From NCBI RefSeq assembly GCF_964204645.1, contig NC_134035.1:7410451-7474450 (forward strand): a DNA stretch of 64,000 nt, written 5' to 3'. A program made the translations under genes and the position numbers. This document shows, in pieces, positions 55,308 through 64,000 of the stretch (positions are counted from its first letter, which is position 1; the number at the start of each line of letters is the position of its first letter). This stretch comes from Tubulanus polymorphus (taxonomy: Eukaryota > Animalia > Nemertea). Under the pieces are notes generated by a model that had not been told where the DNA came from, did not search any database, and saw nothing but the letters and a program-made list of their open reading frames with translations.

Positions 55308-55649
55308 ATGAATATAACTGTTGGACCGAGTATATGTTTTGGGTTTGATTTTAAACATGGTAAAGAAATGAGAATTAAACTAAATGATGTAATTACTGAT
55401 ATAAAAAGTAAATCATTTAACAATGCATCAATGATTGATTAAGAAAAGTATAATATAGAAAAAGTAATTGATTTAATTAAATCACCTTTAGAATATTATG
55501 AATTAAATGAAGATGGAATTATTGAAGATATTAAAAACATATTATCCAAAATATATGATAATCATAAAACTAGTAATAAAATAAATGTTGAATTAATCAT
55601 AAATAAGTTAACTAAATATTTTGAAGATAGTAATTTTTTTGATAAATAA
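55308..55649 (+). pseudogene. Hypothetical 113-codon Polinton gene with one in-frame TAA (55440-55442)
   Basis: TAAATG start; MNITVGPSICFGFDFKHG...MID*EKYNIEKVIDL...NFFDK* fills the gap between its neighbours. Missing from the ORF track. Confidence 0.7.
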
Positions 55650-55871
55650 ATGAGTGATAATAAGTGGATAATAACTGGATTATATAATGGCGCATTACTA
55701 TCAGTTGGAACTGTTGGTTATTCAATGGTATTAAAAAAAGTATTCAAAATGGGAAGTGTTGATGTTGATAGATTTGATATAAATGATATTTTAAAGTTAA
55801 CATTAGCAGTTACTTTATCTAATTTAACTATTGATTATTTGGAAAAACAAAAATATATTCCTCCCATATAA
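55650..55871 (+). CDS. Small hydrophobic Polinton protein (73 aa)
   Basis: TAAATG start; two hydrophobic helices. Confidence 0.75.
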   Translation: MSDNKWIITGLYNGALLSVGTVGYSMVLKKVFKMGSVDVDRFDINDILKLTLAVTLSNLTIDYLEKQKYIPPI

Positions 55872-55895
55872 ATGCATAATTTTTTTGCTAAATAA

Positions 55896-56318
55896 ATGGC
55901 TTCTGCAATTATAACTATTATAGGATCAGCAATTGTTAACGCTTTAGCATTTACTGGTGGTGGTTATTTATTTAAACATATTGATAAAAATAGTTCATTA
56001 GGAGAACAAAGAAGACATAACTTAGCGTTAGAGAAATATAATAAAGCTGCAGAAGAATATAGAGAAAAGAGACAAAACTATATGGATTATATTAACAAAG
56101 AATTATATGATCAGAAGATTTCACATAGAGATTTTCAATCAGTTGATGATGCAATGAGTTTATATAACGCTGTAACCAATAAAGAAAAATTACATCTATA
56201 CAAACCTAAATTATCAGATTATTATACCCCAAGTAAAGAACAACAGAAATATGAAATAATATGGATTTTAGGTGGAACTGTTATTGTTATATTTGTTGCT
56301 TATAAGTTTACTAATTAG
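55896..56318 (+). CDS. Polinton membrane protein (140 aa): N-terminal hydrophobic helix, EQRRHN coiled segment, C-terminal TM
   Basis: MASAIITIIGSAIVNALAFTGGGYLF; C-terminal IIWILGGTVIVIFVAY. Confidence 0.8.
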   Translation: MASAIITIIGSAIVNALAFTGGGYLFKHIDKNSSLGEQRRHNLALEKYNKAAEEYREKRQNYMDYINKELYDQKISHRDFQSVDDAMSLYNAVTNKEKLHLYKPKLSDYYTPSKEQQKYEIIWILGGTVIVIFVAYKFTN

Positions 56319-56337
56319 TAATTTTTTTGTTAAATAA

Positions 56338-56772
56338 ATGGAAGATAAAGTTGATAATATTGATATTATTCCTCATGATATAAATAAAACTAAATTAAAA
56401 ACATATTTAGAAAAACAAATATTAGAATTTGAAAGTGACTTAAAAGTTAAAAAGAAAAAATATTTAAAAAGTAAAATTATATATTATTTGATTATAAGTG
56501 GTTCGGTTACAATTAGTTCTGTAATAACATTTCTAGCAATATTCAGCCCATTAACACCTTTAGCTATATCAATTGGTGTGTTAGGATTAAGTTCAAGTGT
56601 TTTAACTGGTATAAGTTCAAAATTAAATATAAAAAGTAATAAAGAAAAAATTAAAACTAATATAAAAGAAATTAATAAATTAAAAAATACACTAGATTAT
56701 ATAATAAGTTTAAATGGTCATATAACAGTTGAAGAACAAGATAAATTATTAAAAGAATTAATAAATTATTAA
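56338..56772 (+). CDS. Polinton two-TM coiled-coil protein (144 aa)
   Basis: Hydrophobic hairpin IIYYLIISGSVTISSVITFLAIF-SP-LTPLAISIGVLGLSSSVLTGI flanked by K/E-rich helices. Confidence 0.8.
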   Translation: MEDKVDNIDIIPHDINKTKLKTYLEKQILEFESDLKVKKKKYLKSKIIYYLIISGSVTISSVITFLAIFSPLTPLAISIGVLGLSSSVLTGISSKLNIKSNKEKIKTNIKEINKLKNTLDYIISLNGHITVEEQDKLLKELINY

Positions 56773-56788
56773 TTTTTTAATTATATAA

Positions 56789-58177
56789 ATGGTAGATAGT
56801 TTTCCAAAAGCTTTCCAATATAATAAATCAATTAAATATAATATTCCAGCAATAGATTTTAATAAAGATATTACATATAGAAATGAAGTTTTAGATTCAT
56901 TAATTGATTTATATATTTATGTTACTGAAACTAATAATTTTAATGCAAAGATGGAAAATATATTTCATGTATATTTAATTAATTTTAAAAAATTGAAAGA
57001 TGAAAAACAATGGTTATTAAAATCTAATATGAAGTATTGGCAGAATCAATTAAATTTTGCTGTTTATTGTGCAACAACAGGATGTGGAATTAGTTGGAAT
57101 GATCATTTGAATAATTCTAAATATAAACTAATTCAAAGTTTATTTAGATTTCATACATACTTTCAAATCAGAATAATATTAAATGAATTAGAGTGTGCTT
57201 TACCAGGATCTAGGTATTTCAAAGAATTAGATAATAATATTAATTTATCAAAGTTTTATAAAATTTGCAATGAATTTAATATAGATATAAATAATTCTGA
57301 TTTTAGAATAAAAATTGGAACAATAAGATCACTTCCATGCCCTAGAAAGATTGCAGAATATTGTGCACTTCCCATACCATCTAATAGCTTTTATAATATC
57401 TATAATAAAAAATTAGGTTATGGTAAAATAGAAACAAAGGATTTAGAAACATTAAATTTCAATAAATTACCAAAATTTTATGATAATTTAAAACAAGAAA
57501 ACAATAATGGTTGGGTTTATTTTATTTTAGAAAATAGTGAAGGTTTTACTAAATCAGGTATAGAAAGAATAAATCAATCTATTAGAACTTATTTGATTTG
57601 TATTCTAGGATCACAAGTTGAAACAAGATCACCAATAATTGGAAATTTGAATACATCATTCGATACACAAAAACAATTTAAAGTTTTATTTGAAGATTCA
57701 ATTCATAATGATAAAAATAGATCGATTCCAGAAAACATTATAAGATATCAAAATTATTTAGATAAATCTCATGTAAGACTAAATTATTGTATAGGCCCTA
57801 ATCTATTAATTATTTCTAATGATTTAGTATTGAAGATGGGAAATATAATTGGTTATAATAATCTAATTAAAACTGCAACAATAAATAATTCATTTGGGTT
57901 AAATGATATAAATAAAAAGATTATTACTGCTCCAAAATTAATGGAAGGTGAAAAAAATAAAAAACATATTCAATCAACAGAAACTAAAACTAAGAATATT
58001 AAATTAAATAATGATTCTAAAATAAAAGATTACAATACATCAGAAGATATAAAAACTGATAAAATTTAACATGATATAATTAAACTAAATGATGATAATA
58101 AATCCCATGAAAATACTAAATTAGCTATAACTTGTATAGGAATTGTAATCGGAGGAATATTATATTTTAAATTTTAA
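56789..58177 (+). CDS. Uncharacterised Polinton protein with C-terminal TM anchor; premature TAA at 58067-58069
   Basis: 426-aa ORF (YWQNQLNFAVYCATTGCGIS...) continues in frame after the TAA as HDIIKL...HENTKLAITCIGIVIGGILYFKF* to 58177, which closes the intergenic gap. Confidence 0.75.
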
Positions 58178-58193
58178 TTTTTTTATTATGTAA

Positions 58194-59902
58194 ATGGATG
58201 TAGAAGGTGGAGAAGATTATGAAATGGGAGAAATGGGAAATAATAATGAAGGATATATTGATGATGATTATAATGATGCAGGTGCTAATATTGATAATGA
58301 TGATGAATCATCATATAATACTAATTTAGGTGAAGATGATGATTATGATGATGATTATGATGATGATCCCGAATTACGTGAAAAATTAAATAAATATTTA
58401 GAAGCTCCTGAAAGGGGTAGAATTTCAACTAGAAGAGAAAGAAAAGAATTTATGGAACTATTAGAAAAACAACAAGAAAAATATCCTGATAAACCTATGG
58501 AATTATATAAAATGAAATCTAGAGTAACAGATACAATTGTTAACGAACTATTACCAAAAGTTGTAATAGATGAAATTGATACTGAAGGTGTTGTAGAACA
58601 AATTTTTAAAGATGACCCATATTTCACAAATAATTTAGAATTTAAAAATGATGCAAGGTATTATAATCTTGAATTAAATAGGAATACTGTATCAATTCAA
58701 TTATCTAGAATGGGTCAAGAAAATATTTTTGAACCTGGAATGCGAGCAACATCTACAATTGAAGGTTCAAAAGGTGGTAGAGAATTTCTCAGAATTATAT
58801 GGAATGCACTCGATAGAATAAATGAAAAAGAACCAATTCCTAATATTGATATAAACAAATATTCACCATTTAAAAATCCAAATCCAAATCCTACTGATTT
58901 TGATCCAGAAATGGAAGAGAATAGAAATCGATTAGATAGATTAAGATCTTCAACACCCGAAACATCGAGAAGAGACACTCAACAAATTGATAATGATTCA
59001 AGTAAATTACAATTAGAAAATTAAATTGATAGATTAAGAGATTCAGAAGAAGAAATGAATAGTACTGGAATAAATCGACTGCAATATTTACTAGAAAAAG
59101 GATTATTTGATTTAACTGATGATGAATTAGAAGCATTTCCTGAACAAACACGTAGAGAAATTAAAGGTACGCAAGAATCAGCTGATAAAATTGCGCATGA
59201 TAAAAGTATAAGAGATTTTAAAATTAGAACTTTAGAAAAAGAATTAACTGATAAAAATAAAGAAATAGAACAATTAAAATTAGATAGAGATAATAAAGTT
59301 ATTGAAGAAATTGAATTTAAAAAAAGAAATGCATATTTAGAAAAAGAAAAAGATGATTTAGAATATAACATAGAATTACAAAAAGAAGAAATTAAATCAT
59401 TATTAAAATCATATGATTATAATATTAATAGATTTTTAAAAGTTATTTTTAAAGATTTGTTGATAAAACCAAATTCTGAAATATCATTAAAAGACAGAAT
59501 AAAGTTATTATTTAAGTTAGAAGGAATAACAATTCTTTCAATTCTAACAGCTGTAACTATGTTATTTACAACATGTTATTTACAACAATTGGTTTAGCAA
59601 TATCAAATGCTTTGAAATCTACTCCTACTCCAAATAAACCGGATAAACCCCCGAATGATAATAATTCTATACAAGATAAAGTTAAAGATGGTTTAAAGAA
59701 ATTAGCAAAATATTTATGGGAACTATCAAAGAAATCTGCTGCAGCACTACCAGGAGTTATTGCTTCAATTGTTGGTTTTATATTGAAATCTGCAGGAAAC
59801 ATTATTAACTTTGCTGCTGAACATATTATTTTATTTTTAATTACGGTTGTAAGTGCTATTATTTTTGGTTTAGTAAATATGATATCAAAAAATATCAAGT
59901 AA
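58194..59902 (+). pseudogene. Acidic / coiled-coil / C-terminal multi-helix membrane protein (about 564 aa restored), disrupted twice
   Basis: ORFs 58194-59024 and 59055-59597 are in the same frame across a TAA at 59022. A 14-bp tandem duplication ATGTTATTTACAAC (59559-59586) shifts the frame into ORF 59573-59902. Confidence 0.8.
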
Positions 59903-59927
59903 ACCATGATATCAAAAAATAAATAAT

Positions 59928-59950
59928 TAATTTTTTTTGTTAAATAAATG
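59928..59950 (+). promoter_or_regulatory. Putative late-type promoter of MCP, TAATTTTTTTT-N-TAAATG (representative of 7 copies)
   Basis: The same motif starts at 55288, 55631, 55877, 56319, 56770, 58175 and 59928, always 19-20 nt before the ATG. Confidence 0.7.
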
Positions 59951-61195
59951 AGTGGGAGTTATATAAGTCCTTCGAAGATTTCTAGAATATCTAACGCTAT
60001 TAAAGCAGAAAGATCACATCATATAATTACTCATAACCCTTCAAATATTAATCCCGATGAAACTTTATACGTTAGAATTCCGAGATTAACACAAAATACT
60101 TTTTATGTTCCAAACAGTATTTATTTATCAGCTGATATAAAAGTAATCGGTAATAATAATAATTATGTTGTTGATAATGTTGGAAGATATTTGATTAAAA
60201 AGTTAACAATAAAGATTGGTCCAGAAACAGTTTTCTCATTAGATGATTATAATTTATTTATGCATTATAAAGATTTATGGTTAACTAAAGAAAATAGAAA
60301 TAATATGATATTTCAGGGTATTCAATCAGAAAACCAAAATAAATTAAGATCAGAAGCTAATAGCGCAATATTAACTAATGATGTAGATAAATTGATAAAA
60401 AGTATATATGGAAGCAAATATAAAATTCCATTAGACTTTGAATTGATAAATAATAATGCACCTTTATATAAATACGCAATTCAAGAAGATATTATATTTG
60501 AGATAACATTTGCTCCTGTTAATGAAATTGTATTATCTAGCGTTAATAAAGATATGAGTAATAAATTATCGAATATATGTTTAGAATATGATACAGTAAC
60601 TGATGAAAATATTTCAAGTATAATTCAAACTCAATACAATCAAGGATTTTCATTATTATATGATTATATTGATAAATTTAAAACTGTAACTATTAATGCA
60701 AATGATGAAATAATTAATGAGAATATTAACTTCCCTAGAAGATCTATTAAAGGTATATTAATATTTTTTACCATTGGAACGTATACTAATGGTGCAATAA
60801 ATGTTGACAATTATTATAATCCTGAAATAACAAAAGTAGAAATAACTATCGAAGGAATAGCGAATAAAATATTTTGTCAAGGAATGAGAATGATTGATCA
60901 ATGGGTAGAAATTAAAAAACATTTTATGAATGAAAAAATAAAATCATTTGAAAATTGTAACATTAATCAAATTGATTATTATACCGGTAATAAATATGCA
61001 TTATGGTTAGATTTTAGAACAACTGAAGATAATTCATTACATGGTTCTGGGAAAAAACTACAAAATACAAAAGATGGAATACAATTATTCATAACAAAGA
61101 AAAAGGGAATCAAAAATTTTAAAATGCACATTTATATTATATCTGACGCGCAATTAAATATTGTAAATTCTCAATTAGATAGTGTTATGTATTAA
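59948..61195 (+). CDS. Major capsid protein (double jelly roll)
   Basis: 415 aa, intact, beta-rich; NPSNINPDETLYVRIP, NVGRYLIKKL, YKIPLDF, NICLEYD, RRSIKGILIFF and YALWLDFRT resemble invertebrate Polinton MCPs; size and context fit. Confidence 0.82.
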   Translation: MSGSYISPSKISRISNAIKAERSHHIITHNPSNINPDETLYVRIPRLTQNTFYVPNSIYLSADIKVIGNNNNYVVDNVGRYLIKKLTIKIGPETVFSLDDYNLFMHYKDLWLTKENRNNMIFQGIQSENQNKLRSEANSAILTNDVDKLIKSIYGSKYKIPLDFELINNNAPLYKYAIQEDIIFEITFAPVNEIVLSSVNKDMSNKLSNICLEYDTVTDENISSIIQTQYNQGFSLLYDYIDKFKTVTINANDEIINENINFPRRSIKGILIFFTIGTYTNGAINVDNYYNPEITKVEITIEGIANKIFCQGMRMIDQWVEIKKHFMNEKIKSFENCNINQIDYYTGNKYALWLDFRTTEDNSLHGSGKKLQNTKDGIQLFITKKKGIKNFKMHIYIISDAQLNIVNSQLDSVMY

Positions 61196-61227
61196 AATTT
61201 TAACTTTAATAAAAATATATATAATAA

Positions 61228-62283
61228 ATGGAAGGTGGAATATATGAAATACAATCTCCAAGTGAAATGATATCAGATATATATTATATATTACCTTATG
61301 ATGAATACAGTAAGTATTTTGGAGATTACTTTAATCAATTCAAATATAGAATAAGTAAAATAGATAAGAATATTGAAACAAAAATAGAAGATAATATTGA
61401 ACCTAAAATAGAAGATAAGAATGATATTGAATATAAAATAGAAGATGATATTGAATCTAAAATAGAAGATAATGTTATACCTTCTACATCGAATGATGAT
61501 AAGATTGAAACAAAAATAGAATATAATATTGAACCTAAAATAGAAAAATCAAATGTTCAACCAAAAGATAACATCAGATGTATGTATTGTGAAGAAGATT
61601 TTGATAATTACAATGATTATTTATTACACATCAAAAAAGATGAACATATTTTACAATTAGTAAAAACATATGCCAATATATATAAAGATAAATGCAAAGA
61701 GGATCAGAATTATTGTGCCTTCTGTAATGAATGTATAACAAAGGCTAATTGGGCAAAACATTATAAATTAAAAACAAAAGGTGGAAATGATTCAGCCCAT
61801 GCAATACAAGTATTTAAATCTTGGTGTGAAAAATGTAAAGAATATGTAATATATGATAAACAATTGAATCATAAATACTCAATTAAACATATTGGTACAG
61901 ATAATGTAATAGAAAATCCAACAGTTATAAATCCAAAATTTAATAATAAGAATATATTAGATTATCGGTGGTATAGAAAAACATTTATAGATTATTTCTT
62001 GAGTAATGATATAGTTACCATATTGAAAAAGTTAGATAACTTTAAACCAAATGTAACTTATGCAATGAACTTATTTGAACTTAAATATGATGATTTTAGA
62101 GAATTTTTAAATAAACATCCATCTAAAACTGAAATCGAAAATTATATTCCAAAAATATTTTCAAGAGAAACATTTAGGAAATATAAACTCGAGAATTATT
62201 TAGGAATTATACCAAAGAAAATGCAAAGGGATATATATTTAGAATACAATAAGCTTAAAGAAAAATATGAAAATGAAAATTAA
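61228..62283 (+). CDS. Zinc-finger protein with KIE(D/Y)NIEP repeats (351 aa)
   Basis: CMYC...HIKKDEH, CAFC...KH...H and CEKC...HKYSIKH fingers; tandem peptide repeats at about 61370-61550. Confidence 0.75.
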   Translation: MEGGIYEIQSPSEMISDIYYILPYDEYSKYFGDYFNQFKYRISKIDKNIETKIEDNIEPKIEDKNDIEYKIEDDIESKIEDNVIPSTSNDDKIETKIEYNIEPKIEKSNVQPKDNIRCMYCEEDFDNYNDYLLHIKKDEHILQLVKTYANIYKDKCKEDQNYCAFCNECITKANWAKHYKLKTKGGNDSAHAIQVFKSWCEKCKEYVIYDKQLNHKYSIKHIGTDNVIENPTVINPKFNNKNILDYRWYRKTFIDYFLSNDIVTILKKLDNFKPNVTYAMNLFELKYDDFREFLNKHPSKTEIENYIPKIFSRETFRKYKLENYLGIIPKKMQRDIYLEYNKLKEKYENEN

Positions 62284-62287
62284 AAAG

Positions 62288-62667
62288 ATTATAGAATTCA
62301 CTGTATATTGATGGATGAATGGATGAGTTGGATGAGTTGGAAGAATTGGATGAGTGGAAGAGTGGATGAGTATAATAATATATATATTTTACTTTTTAAC
62401 ACATAAATTGGAAGAATAGTATGAGTATAAATATAATATTTTTATTCTTTATTAAATTTAACACAATATATATATATATTATTAAAATAATATTTAAATA
62501 TAGTATAAAATTGATAAAATAACTTCAAATCAAACTCTTACTGTTTTAAAAATAAAAAACATATGTAAATTATATATTATTACACTCATCCATTCATCCA
62601 CTCATCCAATTCATCCAATTCATCCAATTCATCCACTCATCCATTAGTATACAGTGAATTCTATAAT
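62288..62667. repeat. Inverted repeat (97-bp arms with 7 TGGA(T/A)GA(A/G) iterons each) between convergent Polinton genes
   Basis: 62288-62384 versus 62571-62667, 9 mismatches and no gaps, around an extremely AT-rich spacer. Confidence 0.9.
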
Positions 62668-62683
62668 ATTTTGAATTAGGATT

Positions 62684-63298
62684 TTATTTTATAAATTTAT
62701 ATTCATATGGAAATTGTAATCTCATAAGTAATTTGGAACCTTTATTATTCTTTAATTTATTCATATATTCATCATGTAATTCAGTAGGTATAATTTGATT
62801 TTCTTCCAATGATTGTTGCATAGATTTTTTATCTTTGTTATAAAATAAAACTAGAAATCTTATATTCTCTCTAAAGTCTTTCACAATTGAATTATATTTC
62901 TGATTTAAAACCCAAGTTGTTATCCCAAAATGTCTCCCAGAGAAAGCTAAATAACATAACTCACTTTCTCTAACTTTTGAATCATGTAAATTTGCGCAAT
63001 CATCGATAATAAATAATGTATTAGATCCTTTATAAATATCTAATGCAATTTTTATACAATTATCTAAATTATCTTTCACTGTTTTAGAATTTAATATAAT
63101 AAACTTTTTATCTTTAAAAACTATATCTCTATTGTACGTTTCATTCATTTCATAAGTTGGGCAGAATAATATTATATTATCAAAATGATTCTGATAAATA
63201 GTTTCTAATAAATCTAATATGAAGTGTGTTTTACCACAATTTGTAACTCCAGTTATTAACATATTATGTGGTTCAAATATAAATAAATCTTTATTCAT
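62684..63298 (-). CDS. A32/FtsK-like genome packaging ATPase
   Basis: Walker A GVTNCGKT, Walker B FIIDD, SGRH arginine-finger motif; 204 aa, intact. Confidence 0.92.
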   Translation of the reverse strand: MNKDLFIFEPHNMLITGVTNCGKTHFILDLLETIYQNHFDNIILFCPTYEMNETYNRDIVFKDKKFIILNSKTVKDNLDNCIKIALDIYKGSNTLFIIDDCANLHDSKVRESELCYLAFSGRHFGITTWVLNQKYNSIVKDFRENIRFLVLFYNKDKKSMQQSLEENQIIPTELHDEYMNKLKNNKGSKLLMRLQFPYEYKFIK

Positions 63299-64000
63299 TT
63301 ATTCTTTTAATTTTACTAGATAAAATCCATTCATTAAATTTATCATCGTATCCTTTATATTTCACCAAAGAATACTTTTTTCCTTTAAGAGTTTTAGTTT
63401 TCAATACCTTTTCTATTTTGTATTCTATTTCATCTGGATTTGGTACTAATGCTAATTCTTGTTCATAAAAATAACCTAATATTTCTTCATCTTTTAAATC
63501 AAACAATTTATAAACAAATGGTTTAGTTAATATTATCTTTTTAATTTTAAATATTTCTTCAGTAAAATTAGGGGTATAACCTTTATAAAATGTTTTTCGA
63601 TATTTAGAAATTCTAACATGTTGTCCTATTTTAAATTTAGGTTCTCCGAAATCATGTGTAACAAACGCACCATATAAATTATTCCAAACTCTTCTGAATT
63701 TTCTTCTTGTCTAGCTTGTATAGGTTTCATATTTATAGAACTATGTTTAGAATTATTATAACCTTTAACTAAATCATCTAACACATCGATATATTTATAT
63801 GTTTCATTAGCGGTGAAATATTTCCACATTCTAGTTTTCAATGTTTTATTAAATCTTTCTATAACAGATGCTTTTTTATCTGAATGTGTTGAAAAATATT
63901 CTACATCGTTATCAGTTAATAGTTTTTTAAAATGTTTGTTATAAAATTCTTTACCTTCATCAAATTGTATTTTATCTGGGATAGCTTCTTTAAATATTAA
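63291..64000 (-). CDS. Retroviral-type (rve) integrase with C-terminal chromodomain; 5' part outside window, frameshift near 63690
   Basis: IQFDEGKEF...ASVIERFNKTLK (second D and E of the DDE triad), YNNSKHSSINMKP; after a 1-nt loss, KFKIGQHVRISK...YKIEKVLK...LVKYKGYDDKFNEW (chromodomain). Confidence 0.9.

Larger units (their letters stand above)
49824..64000 (+). mobile_element. Polinton/Maverick (adintovirus-like) endogenous virus, right end outside window
   Basis: Abrupt switch to very AT-rich, intronless, gene-dense DNA; starts 5'-AGT like Polinton termini; encodes pPolB, penton, DJR MCP, A32-like ATPase and rve integrase. Confidence 0.95.

Noticed and set aside
55440-59024. Stop-codon reassignment (three in-frame TAA with open continuation)
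   Set aside because: TAA is also the normal terminator of most genes in the element, and independent frameshifts show decay; nonsense mutation is the simpler explanation.
58355-59907. Minus-strand ORFs opposite Polinton genes (and those opposite DIRS genes at 31759-35784)
   Set aside because: Antisense shadows of biased coding sequence, with no motifs and no TAAATG starts.
49824-64000. Bacterial or phage contamination, or misassembly
   Set aside because: The gene set (pPolB, rve-chromodomain integrase, DJR MCP, penton, A32 ATPase) is diagnostic of a eukaryotic Polinton, and the junction with host intron starts at a Polinton-like AG terminus.

Overview
Eukaryotic, most likely invertebrate animal, genomic DNA with AT-rich introns. 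(1) A complete C2CD5 gene on + (CDS 3100-36757, 25 core coding exons, about 1082 aa by manual splicing), with candidate cassette exons and a microexon. (2) A 5-exon ankyrin-repeat gene nested antisense in a C2CD5 intron (19691-21895, minus), mostly missed by the ORF track. (3) A degenerate but full-length DIRS1-type tyrosine-recombinase retrotransposon (30946-36354) in the last C2CD5 intron. (4) The 5' part (17 exons) of a secreted or membrane leucine-rich-repeat gene (42178-49447, +). (5) In the following intron, a very AT-rich Polinton/Maverick (adintovirus-like) endogenous virus from about 49824 to beyond the window end. It carries pPolB, a putative SSB, penton, a block of membrane proteins, a double-jelly-roll MCP, a Zn-finger protein, an A32-like ATPase and an rve integrase. 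The most striking observations concern this element. Nearly every gene starts in a TAAATG context, preceded about 20 nt upstream by either an A-tract or a T-tract, which resembles poxvirus intermediate/late promoters and suggests a virophage-like dependence on a cytoplasmic large DNA virus. It also begins with a 207-bp fold-back hairpin and has a second iteron-bearing inverted repeat where its transcription units converge. A LINE 3' fragment, MITEs and simple repeats fill the introns. All calls are from manual reading; no searches were run.
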